Below are positions 26,969 through 34,816 of a stretch of 64,000 nt of DNA, piece by piece. A program made the position numbers and the translations under genes. Numbering within the stretch: position 1 is the stretch's first letter; the number at the start of each line of letters is the position of its first letter. Below the pieces are notes generated by a model. That model worked only from the letters and a program-made list of their open reading frames with translations, did no database searches and was not told the DNA's origin. This stretch comes from Planctomycetota bacterium (GTDB taxonomy: Bacteria; Planctomycetota; MHYJ01; JACPRB01), in contig JACPRC010000147.1 in assembly GCA_016190175.1 (NCBI GenBank), forward strand, positions 1,021 through 65,020, written 5' to 3'.

Positions 26969-27654
26969 CGCTTGGAGCTCACGTGCTCCCGGAGGACGCG
27001 CAGGACCGCGGCGGGGTCTGCGGCGAGCACCACGAAGACGAAGGAGCGGCCCGCCGCCGCCGCCACGCCCGCCCGCGGCGAGGGCGAGCGCGAAAGCCAG
27101 GAGAGCATCTCGGCCGATGCCGCGGGACTCACGATCTCGCCGCGCCCGAGCGAATCGAGGAGGCGTCCGTACTCGCGCGGCACCCCGGCCCCGCCCGCCT
27201 CCGAGCGCTCCATCCCGGCGGAGCGCATGCGCCGGGCGACGCCTTCCGGACCTCCCGCCTGATGGACGAGGTTGCCCCGCGCGACCGGGTCGCCCGCGAT
27301 CATCAGGTCGATCATGCGCCGGATCGACGCCTTCTTCCCGAGGAGGGCCGCGACCTCCGGTCCGGGCTCGGCGCCGGGCACGGCGTCCACCGTGCGCTCG
27401 TCGTCGAGTCGGTAGCGTCCCTCCGCCGAATCGCGGACCACGGCGACGAGCACCGGAATCGCGATCGCATCGCCGGCGGGAAGCGCGTCCTCGCCGCGGA
27501 TCTCGATGGTCTCCCCGTCCTGGAGATCGCGGTAGAAGACCCCTCCCCCCGTCTCGCCGAGCGCCGCGTGGAGGTTGCGTCCGAGCGCCCCCAGCGACTC
27601 CATGGGGGAAGGCGGATTGCATCCCGCGAGCAGGAGGAGCAGGATGCGCCGCAT
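26965..27654 (-). CDS. Class A beta-lactamase-like lipoprotein, catalytic motifs degenerate
   Basis: Lipobox LLAGC and GVFYRDLQDGETI. PAGDAIAIPV where PAASxxK is expected, MIAGDPVA where SDN is expected, no KTG. Confidence 0.7.
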   Translation of the reverse strand: MRRILLLLLAGCNPPSPMESLGALGRNLHAALGETGGGVFYRDLQDGETIEIRGEDALPAGDAIAIPVLVAVVRDSAEGRYRLDDERTVDAVPGAEPGPEVAALLGKKASIRRMIDLMIAGDPVARGNLVHQAGGPEGVARRMRSAGMERSEAGGAGVPREYGRLLDSLGRGEIVSPAASAEMLSWLSRSPSPRAGVAAAAGRSFVFVVLAADPAAVLRVLREHVSSKR

Positions 27655-27668
27655 GGGACCGTATCCTA

Positions 27669-28904
27669 CTATTTGCCGATGCAGAAGCGGGAGAAAATCC
27701 GGGAGAGGACCTCGTCCGCGACGGAGCGCCCCGTCACCGCCCCGATCGCATCCGCCGCGGCCCGCAGGTCCGCCGCGCGCAGCGCCGGATCCGGCGCCTC
27801 CTCCGCGCGCGCGAGCGCCGCCGCCGCCTCGCGCAGAGAGGCCGCCTGCCGGAGGCCCGCATGGACCCCCGATCCGTCGCGCGTCTCGCGCAGCCGGCGA
27901 CCGAGTTCGGCCCGCAGTTCCGCGACGCCCTCGCCCGTCTTCGCCGAGACGCGCAGACCGCCGGGCACGCGTGCGAGGTCGCACTTGTTCACGACCCGCA
28001 GCGAAGGCCGATCGACCGGCGGGGGAAGGTCGGCCGGCCGCGTCGCGTCGACGACGACGAGGATGAGGTCCGCCTCCGCGAGCGCCGCACGGGCGCGATC
28101 GACTGCCGCGGCATCGGCCCCCGCCGCCTCCTGGGCCCCCGCGGCGTCGAGGATCCGGATGCCGTCGACCTCGCCATCGAGGACGTCGCGGGTGGTGCCC
28201 GGGACGTCCGACACGATGGCGTCCGATCCCGTAAGCCGGTTGAAGAGGAGCGTCTTGCCGACGTTGGGGACGCCCCAGAGCAGGACCGAAGGACGCGGCT
28301 CCTCCGCCCCCCGCTCCGCGCATACGAGCGGGGCGAGCCGCTCCCGGAGTTCCCGGATCCGCGCGTCCGGCCGGACGTCCTCCTCCGCGAAGTCGAGGGA
28401 GGCCTCGATGCCGGCGCACAGGTCGAGGAGGTCCTCCTCGATCCGGCGCAGCGGGCGGGAGAGCTCGCCGTCGAGCCGGGCGCGCGCGGCGCGCGCCTCG
28501 TGGGCGTCCCGGGCCGCGATGAGGGCCTGCACCGCCTCCGCCTGCGCGAGATCGATCCGCCCGTTCCGGTACGCGCGCAACGTGAATTCGCCGGGTCCGG
28601 CGGGGCGGGCTCCGGCGGAAACGAGGGTGTCGACGAGGAGACGCAGGACCGGCGGCGAACCGGGCACGTGGAGTTCCGCCACGTCTTCGCCCGTGTAGGA
28701 GGCGGGACCGGGCGTGAACCAGGCGGACGCGGGGAGCGTGAGACCGCCGGGGAGCCGGAGGGAGGTCCGCGCGACGGTCCGGCCGCGCGGGGACGCGCCG
28801 ACGACGCCGCTCGCAAGCTCGAACGCGCGCGGCCCGCTCAGGCGGACGATCCCGCGCGCTCCGCCGCCCGGCGGAGAGGCGATGGCGACGATCGTGTCGG
28901 ACAT
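27669..28904 (-). CDS. mnmE: tRNA modification GTPase MnmE/TrmE
   Basis: DTIVAIAS, SYTGEDVAE, GEFTLRAYRNGRIDLAQAEAV, GVPNVGKT, PGTTRD, NKCD, IFSRFCIGK. Confidence 0.96.
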   Translation of the reverse strand: MSDTIVAIASPPGGGARGIVRLSGPRAFELASGVVGASPRGRTVARTSLRLPGGLTLPASAWFTPGPASYTGEDVAELHVPGSPPVLRLLVDTLVSAGARPAGPGEFTLRAYRNGRIDLAQAEAVQALIAARDAHEARAARARLDGELSRPLRRIEEDLLDLCAGIEASLDFAEEDVRPDARIRELRERLAPLVCAERGAEEPRPSVLLWGVPNVGKTLLFNRLTGSDAIVSDVPGTTRDVLDGEVDGIRILDAAGAQEAAGADAAAVDRARAALAEADLILVVVDATRPADLPPPVDRPSLRVVNKCDLARVPGGLRVSAKTGEGVAELRAELGRRLRETRDGSGVHAGLRQAASLREAAAALARAEEAPDPALRAADLRAAADAIGAVTGRSVADEVLSRIFSRFCIGK

Positions 28905-28958
28905 GCAGCCACCAGCCTTCAGCCTTCAGCCTTCAGCCATCAGCCATCAGCTATCGGC
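28905..28958. repeat. Heptamer tandem array (CAGCCTT/CAGCCAT)n abutting the mnmE start
   Basis: cagccaccagccttcagccttcagccttcagccatcagccatcagctatc. Confidence 0.85.
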
Positions 28959-29004
28959 GACCATCCCTCCGAGGGCTGACGGCCCCCTGCTCGCCGCGCG
29001 GTTC

Positions 29005-29517
29005 CTACTTGAGGAACTGAAGCAGCTTGTCGCGCGACTCCTCGTCGACGGAGTCGAACTTCACCGCGAGGGCGAACTCGTCCTCGTTGTCCGAGAAGCG
29101 CACGAGCTTGCACCGGCACCGGAAGCCCTTGAGCTTGGGCCCGCCGATCTCGACGTCCAGCTTGAACCGGTCCATCGGAAGCGTGTGCTTCTTCGTCTCG
29201 AAGGAGCGCAGGAGCATGCCGGACATGGAGATCTCGTCCACCTCGACGGTGCCCTCGTCGTAGACCGTGTTGGTCCCGATGACGACGCGGACCCTCCCGT
29301 CCAGCCCGGCCTTCTTCCGGACCGACTCGCGGCGGTTCGTGGTCACGAGGGCGGGGTGAAGATACCCCAGCTCGCGCGAGACCTTGAAGACCTTCCGGAC
29401 CGTCTCCTCCGCGAACGAGTCGCGGGTGTCCTTGTTCAGGATGCGGGAGACGGACCCCTGGTCGATCTTGCACACCCGCGCGATGTCCTCCTGCGTGACC
29501 TTCCTCTTTCCTTCCAT
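29005..29517 (-). CDS. LacI-type HTH fused to PilZ-like domain
   Basis: VTQEDIARVCKIDQGSVSRILN..ELGY HTH. RESVR (RxxxR), EISMSG and a PilZ-like beta barrel ending LAVKFDSVDEESRDKLLQFL. Confidence 0.8.
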   Translation of the reverse strand: MEGKRKVTQEDIARVCKIDQGSVSRILNKDTRDSFAEETVRKVFKVSRELGYLHPALVTTNRRESVRKKAGLDGRVRVVIGTNTVYDEGTVEVDEISMSGMLLRSFETKKHTLPMDRFKLDVEIGGPKLKGFRCRCKLVRFSDNEDEFALAVKFDSVDEESRDKLLQFLK

Positions 29518-29666
29518 CCTTTCCTCCGACTATGTGCCCGCTTTCGGAAGTCTGTGCAGGGCCGCCGGGGCGGCCCCGGACGAACGCGACCCGCAGGGTC
29601 GCATCCGTGTCGGGTTCCGCTCCTTCGGATCGGGCGGAACCCGATACGGATTTCCGAACGCGAGCA

Positions 29667-31400
29667 CTATGGCGTCTTCGATCCTTCCTTGGGCAGGAAG
29701 AACTTCTTGATCAGCTTGGTCTCCCCCATGCTGAGGAGCGAGTTGACGAAGAAGTAGAAGCTCAACCCGGAGGCCAGGCTGTAGCACATGACGCCGAAGA
29801 CGACCGGCATGAACATCATCATCTTCTGCTGCGCCGCCATCTGCGGGTCGTCGGACCGCGGGGCGAAGTAGGACTGGAGGAACCAGGTCACCGTCATGAT
29901 GATCGGCAGGAGGTTGAGGGCGTCGACGGTGAAGAAGAGCAGGTCCATCCCGGCCTGAAAGCTCACGAGACGGTCGGGCATCGACAGGTCGTGGATCCAG
30001 AGGTAGAACGGCGTCTGGCGCAGGTCGTAGGCGCTGTCGAGCACGCCGTACATCCCGATGAAGATCGGGAGCTGGAGGAGCATCGGGAAGCACCCGGACA
30101 TCGGGTTGATCTTCTGCTCGCGGAAGAGCTTCATCTGCTCCTGCCCGAACCGCTCCCGGTCGTCCTTGTACCGCTCCCGGAGGATCGCCAGCTTGGGACC
30201 GAGCTGCTGGATGCGGTACATCGACACCTGGCTCTTTTTCGAGAGCGGGAAGAGGAGCAGGCGGATCACGATCGTGGTGAAGAGGATCGCGATGCCGTAG
30301 TTCTTGAAGAGGGAGAAGCCGACGTTGAGGACGAAGAGGATGCCGACCGCGATGAAGTTGAAACCCGAGGGATCGTAGATCTCCGAGAGCCCGCGCGGGA
30401 CCTCGGACAGCTCCTGGCTGCGGATCGGCCCCAGGTAGACCGTGAACTCGAAGGCCTCGGCCTGCTTGCCGAGAATGAAGGGCTTCAGGGGGACGCTCGT
30501 CGTGATGTTGCGCTTTTCCCCCGTCTGCTTCCAGACGTTCCAGGGCAGGCACGCGAAGCGGAAGTCCTCCACGGCCTTGACGTCCCGGTCGCCGGCGGGC
30601 ACGAACACCGCCGCGAAGTAGCGGTTCTTGAGCCCCATCCAGTCGTTCCGGCCCTCCTGGACGACCTTCGGCTTGGCCGGGTCGTAGCCGACGTCCTTCG
30701 TCGAGATCGTCTCGAGGCTCCAACTGTCCGACTTCCTCAGCCCCACGAGCGCCTGGCAGTACTCTTCGTACCGGTAGTCGCTGTCGTGCGCGATGCCGCC
30801 GAAGGGGAGGATCTCCGGCTTGAGCTCCAGGGGCAGGGATTCCGGGTGGAGGTTGCGGAACTCGATGAGGAGCCGGAAGGCGCACCGCTTCTCGTCGAAC
30901 GTGAAGACCTTCGAGAAAAGCCAGCGGTCCTGGACGGCATATTCGAACCGGATCTGCAGTTTCTCCCGGTCCACGGAGACCCGCCAGTGGACCTGTTCGA
31001 GGGGGACCCCCGCCTGCGGCACCCGCACCGCGAAGTGGGGCCGGTCGGGCATGATGGGGACGAGGATCGGCACCGTGCCGCGGTCCGTCCGGAACAGGAC
31101 GCGGTCCAGACCTCCGCCCTTGGACGTGTACGCGACCTCGTACCGCCCGAGGGTGACCATGCCCGAGACCGCGTCGAGCTCGCGCGGCTTGGAGACTTCC
31201 GGTGTGATCGTGGGCTTGCCCCCCTGGACCCGGCCGGCCAGGAGCGCGGGTTTCTCCGGCGCGGGCTGCGGGGCCGGTTTCGTCTGCGGGGTCGGAGAGG
31301 CGGGCTTCTCGGGAGGCCAGATCCACGGGGAGATCACGCCGATCCAGAGAAAGAACAGGAGCGTGCAGACGACGATCGTGATCAGGCCGCGCTTTTCCAC
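29667..31400 (-). CDS. yidC: Membrane protein insertase YidC
   Basis: NYGIAILFTTIVIRLLLFPL, INPMSGCFPMLLQLPIF, WIHDLSMPD, ASGLSFYF. Confidence 0.96.
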   Translation of the reverse strand: MEKRGLITIVVCTLLFFLWIGVISPWIWPPEKPASPTPQTKPAPQPAPEKPALLAGRVQGGKPTITPEVSKPRELDAVSGMVTLGRYEVAYTSKGGGLDRVLFRTDRGTVPILVPIMPDRPHFAVRVPQAGVPLEQVHWRVSVDREKLQIRFEYAVQDRWLFSKVFTFDEKRCAFRLLIEFRNLHPESLPLELKPEILPFGGIAHDSDYRYEEYCQALVGLRKSDSWSLETISTKDVGYDPAKPKVVQEGRNDWMGLKNRYFAAVFVPAGDRDVKAVEDFRFACLPWNVWKQTGEKRNITTSVPLKPFILGKQAEAFEFTVYLGPIRSQELSEVPRGLSEIYDPSGFNFIAVGILFVLNVGFSLFKNYGIAILFTTIVIRLLLFPLSKKSQVSMYRIQQLGPKLAILRERYKDDRERFGQEQMKLFREQKINPMSGCFPMLLQLPIFIGMYGVLDSAYDLRQTPFYLWIHDLSMPDRLVSFQAGMDLLFFTVDALNLLPIIMTVTWFLQSYFAPRSDDPQMAAQQKMMMFMPVVFGVMCYSLASGLSFYFFVNSLLSMGETKLIKKFFLPKEGSKTP

Positions 31401-31404
31401 CCGT

Positions 31405-31659
31405 CTATTTCCTCACATAGCGGAAGACAGCGCCGCACTTGCCGCACTTGAGCTCGTCGTCGTTCCAGTCCCGCTGGGTCGAGCACTTCGGGCACGGCCG
31501 CCGGGCCTCGTCGATCAGCATGATCGGGATGTCGTCCTTGATCGCGTAGATCAGTCCGCACTCCGCGTTCGCGCAGTGCAGCTCCTCCCCCTCGAGGCGC
31601 AGCTCGCTCTTGCAGAGCGCGCAGGCCATGATCTCCAGGAGGTCCTTCGGTATCGGCAT
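31405..31659 (-). CDS. Trm112-like protein with an extra zinc ribbon
   Basis: LLEIMACALCKSEL..C...CGLIYAIKDDIPIMLIDEAR followed by CPKC..CGKC. Confidence 0.88.
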   Translation of the reverse strand: MPIPKDLLEIMACALCKSELRLEGEELHCANAECGLIYAIKDDIPIMLIDEARRPCPKCSTQRDWNDDELKCGKCGAVFRYVRK

Positions 31660-31691
31660 TCTCCTCTCCCTTCCGGTTCCGACGGCCATAA

Positions 31692-31719
31692 ACTATAGTC
31701 GATTCACCCATAAATGCAA
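31692..31719 (-). promoter_or_regulatory. sigma70-like promoter for trm112-yidC
   Basis: TTGCAT-16 nt-TATAGT in an AT-rich patch. Confidence 0.55.
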
Positions 31720-31760
31720 TAGGATATGCACTTGTTCGGATGCAGAATGGGCCGCGGCGG

Positions 31761-32228
31761 CTACCGCAGGTCCGCGACGCCCTCGAGCCGCAGGAGGCTC
31801 CGCTTGAGCTCCGGACCGCCCCCGAAGCCGCCCAGCCGCCCACCGGCGGCGATGACGCGGTGTCAGGGGACCGCGAGACAGATCCGGTTGGCGCCCATCG
31901 CCTGCCCCACGGCGCGCGCGGACCCCCGCCCCGCCCGTGCGGCGACCTCCCCGTACGTGAGGAGCCGGCCGCGCGGGATCGACATGACGACGTCGTAGAC
32001 GGCCCGCCGGAACGGCGTGGCCCAGGAGAGATCGAGCGGCACGCGGGGAAACTCACCGCTCTCGAAATAGCCCTCGACCGCCTTCCGGAAACGCCGCACG
32101 GTCCCCGGGTCGCGCCGGGCGTCCGGATCGCGCTTCGGCCGGAACGACAGTTCCACGAGAGCGCCGTCCTCGACGACGACGAGACACTCCCCCACGGGCG
32201 TAGAGAACCGGTCGAAGGCCCGATCCAT
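31761..32228 (-). CDS. ogt: O6-methylguanine-DNA methyltransferase, probable selenoprotein (UGA at the catalytic Cys)
   Basis: TPFRRAVY, TYGEVA, ARAVGQAMGAN, then P-TGA-HRVIAAGGRLGGFGGGPELKRSLLRLEG continuing in frame to TAG 31761-31763. Confidence 0.88.
31835..31850 (-). promoter_or_regulatory. Bacterial SECIS-like hairpin
   Basis: GCCGCC-GGUG-GGCGGC starts 12 nt after the UGA at 31863-31865. The apical loop begins GG. Confidence 0.7.
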
Positions 32229-32289
32229 GACGCGCGGATCATATCAACCGCGGCCCCCCGCGCCAAGCGTTGCGGTAGAATGGCGATCG

Positions 32290-32781
32290 ATGCAGGCGAT
32301 CCGCTGGCTCCTCACCGCGGCCCTCGGCTATCTCGCCATCGTGGCGTACACCTGCGCGTTCGCGGCGGCGTGCTTTCGCGTCTCCCCGGAGTTCGCGGGG
32401 GATTTCTTCAGCGCGTATCGGCCCGTCCAGGCTCTGGTCAAGGGATTCGAGGTCGGTTCCTACGCGGGCTTCCTGGGCGGGCCGCTCCTCGGCTTCATCG
32501 TCCTGGCAAAGGTGAACGAAGCCATGGAGCGGCCGGAGGACGACCGCGGATGGTGGCCCGTGGTCAACATACAGGCGATCGTCATGCTGCTCTCGATGAC
32601 CGCAGTCGGATCGCTCATGGGAGGCGGTGGAGCGATCCTCGCCGCCCTCAAGGGTCGTCCGGCGGAGACGATCCTCTACCATGCTTGCGTAGGCGCCCAC
32701 GTGGGATCGGTCGTCGGCGTCCTCCTCTACATCGCGACAGGAACCGTTCGGTGGAGGCGGAGGCCCGCCGAGCACCGGTGA
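32290..32781 (+). CDS. Hypothetical membrane protein (~4 TM)
   Basis: Hydrophobic ORF. TAGAAT lies 8 nt before ATG 32290. Confidence 0.65.
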   Translation: MQAIRWLLTAALGYLAIVAYTCAFAAACFRVSPEFAGDFFSAYRPVQALVKGFEVGSYAGFLGGPLLGFIVLAKVNEAMERPEDDRGWWPVVNIQAIVMLLSMTAVGSLMGGGGAILAALKGRPAETILYHACVGAHVGSVVGVLLYIATGTVRWRRRPAEHR

Positions 32782-32944
32782 CGCAGCATATCGGGCGGGA
32801 CGGCGATGCGCCGGATGCCGGCGCCGTCGGCCGGAATCGGGCGCTGATCGTTCACGGAGGCACCGCCACGCCCGGTACTCTACGGAAACTACCCGCAGCA
32901 GACAAGAGCCACAGGCATCCGACTTCGCCCGCCTGCGGCGGGCC

Positions 32945-33505
32945 CTACATCCTTTCCTCCTCGAAGCTGAAATACCCCGTCTCTCCCACGATCAGATGGT
33001 CCACGAACCGCAGGCCGGCGAGAGTGCACACCTCCCGCAACCGGCGTGTCACGCGCACGTCCTCGGGGCTGGGCACGGCCGTCCCCGACGGGTGGTTGTG
33101 GACGCACAGGATGCCGGACGCCGCCTCCCGGATGGCCTCCACGAGCACGTCCCGCGGCACCACGAGCGCCGCGTCCAGCGTGCCCACGGACGCGGTCACC
33201 TCGCGCAGGATCCGGTTCCGGCCGTCGAGGAGAAGGACGAGGAACTCCTCCCGGAACGCGCCTTGGAAGCGCGGCCGCAGCCGGTCGGCCAGGAGGGGCG
33301 GGCTCTCTACCGGGTCGCCGCGCGGAAGCGGCGCCCTCGACAGCCTACGCACAAGCTCCAGGAGGGCCTCGAGCCTCCGCGCGGCCGGTCCCCGGCCGGT
33401 CTCTCGAAGTCGCGGCGGCCCTTCGAGAGAGAGGCGATGCAGCGGCACCTCGACGCGGGCGCCGATGAGGACCTCCAGGAGTTCGTCGTCCGTCACGGGC
33501 TCCAC
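32945..33505 (-). CDS. radC: RadC/UPF0758 JAB-domain protein (short N-terminus, start uncertain)
   Basis: DELLEVLI, EEFLVLLLD, GTLDAALVVPRDV, HNHPSG..PSPED, FVDHLIVG. Confidence 0.88.
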   Translation of the reverse strand: MEPVTDDELLEVLIGARVEVPLHRLSLEGPPRLRETGRGPAARRLEALLELVRRLSRAPLPRGDPVESPPLLADRLRPRFQGAFREEFLVLLLDGRNRILREVTASVGTLDAALVVPRDVLVEAIREAASGILCVHNHPSGTAVPSPEDVRVTRRLREVCTLAGLRFVDHLIVGETGYFSFEEERM

Positions 33506-33562
33506 GGCGGGAACGGCGCAATTCGCGTGCCGGCCGTATCCACTGCTCCATGGAGGGGCCGC

Positions 33563-33603
33563 GTTACGTTTCGTAACATGGGACGTTACGATTCGTAACG
33601 TCC
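33563..33603. promoter_or_regulatory. Tandem palindromic operator-like boxes GTTACG-N3-CGTAAC
   Basis: gttacgtttcgtaac (33563-33577) and ggacgttacgattcgtaacgtcc (33581-33603), upstream of radC. Confidence 0.6.
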
Positions 33604-33695
33604 ACCTGCTCCAGGCGGGCGCCACCTGTACTACTTACTAGCAACTTCTTGCTGCCGCGAGGAGATACTTGGTGACGCGCGCGGACCCGCGCAAG

Positions 33696-33766
33696 GGACG
33701 GGGGGACGGGGCGACTTGGGGACGGGGCGAGGCCCCAGGTCTCCCGGTCCTCGGGTCTCCTGGTCG
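33696..33766. repeat. Degenerate octamer tandem array with inverted partner
   Basis: ggggacggggcgacttggggacggggcga ... ccccaggtctcccggtcctcgggtctcctggtc. Confidence 0.55.
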
Positions 33767-33957
33767 GTTGCGGGCGAAGCCCGCGCCGTGGGAACTACTT
33801 GCGCCGCCCGACCTCGAGGAGCCGGTCCGCTTCGACGGCCTGCATCGCCGAGACGATCATGACCCACGTGGGCGTAAACCAGGGTGGCGACGCCGCGGCG
33901 AAGGCGGCCGACGAGGCCGCGTGGGCGCTGATTCAGAGTCACCAGAAGAAGTGACGC

Positions 33958-34725
33958 TCACTTCTTGCGCACGCAGCCCTTGAAGAACCGCACGATGAGG
34001 GCCGGGGCCTCGGCGGCATACGTGTGGTCCCCGGGGTGGATGAAGGAGACGAAGGGCGCGTCCTTCTTCGAGGCGTAGATCAGACATCCCTTGTCCCACT
34101 CCTCGCCCTTCTCCTCGCACCCGTTCGATTCGCGCACCGCCTCCATCGCCTTCTTCTGCGCCTCGAACGGCACGACCGTGTCTTTCTCCCCCGCGACGTG
34201 GAGCGCCGGCTTCGGCGCGAGGTCCCGCGCGTTCCTCCCCGCGGCCGCCGAAGGGGCGAAGGCGGCGAAGACGTCGGCGCGGCTGGACCACAACAGGTAC
34301 GTGAATCCCCCGCCGTTGGAGTGACCGGTCGCGTAGACGCGGTCCTCGTCGATGGAATGGTCCTTCCGGAGCGTGGCCAGCACCGCGTCGAAAAACTTCA
34401 GGTCGCGGTCGCCCTGATCGCCGGTCTGCTTCTGCCATCCCGGCTTCCGCCCTTCGGGGTCGGTCATCCCCGGCGTCGGAAGGCCCTGCATGTAGACGAC
34501 GATCGCCTCGGGCCAGAGCTTGTGGAGACGGAACTTCGCGGCCGCGTTGCGTGCGGTCCCGCCGTGTCCGTGGAACGCGAAGACGACCGGAGCCGCGGCG
34601 GGCGATTTCCGGTCCCGTGCGGGAAGGTGCAGGAGCGCCTCCCGGGAGACATCCTCCACTTTCCATTCCCGGCGTGTCAGCCCCGCGTCCGCCTGTGCCA
34701 GGATCGCCCAGAGAAGAGCCGTCAT
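33958..34725 (-). CDS. Alpha/beta-hydrolase, LpqC/PHB-depolymerase-like esterase
   Basis: FAFHGHG, IDEDRVYATGHSNGGGF (GxSxG), GEKDTVV, GDH. Confidence 0.88.
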   Translation of the reverse strand: MTALLWAILAQADAGLTRREWKVEDVSREALLHLPARDRKSPAAAPVVFAFHGHGGTARNAAAKFRLHKLWPEAIVVYMQGLPTPGMTDPEGRKPGWQKQTGDQGDRDLKFFDAVLATLRKDHSIDEDRVYATGHSNGGGFTYLLWSSRADVFAAFAPSAAAGRNARDLAPKPALHVAGEKDTVVPFEAQKKAMEAVRESNGCEEKGEEWDKGCLIYASKKDAPFVSFIHPGDHTYAAEAPALIVRFFKGCVRKK

Positions 34726-34816
34726 CTCACGCCTTCCCTCGATGATACCCGCGGCAGGGCGGCATTGTTCCGCGGAAGCGGCGCGCGCGGCGATCCTCGC
34801 GGGGCGCGGCCCGGCT

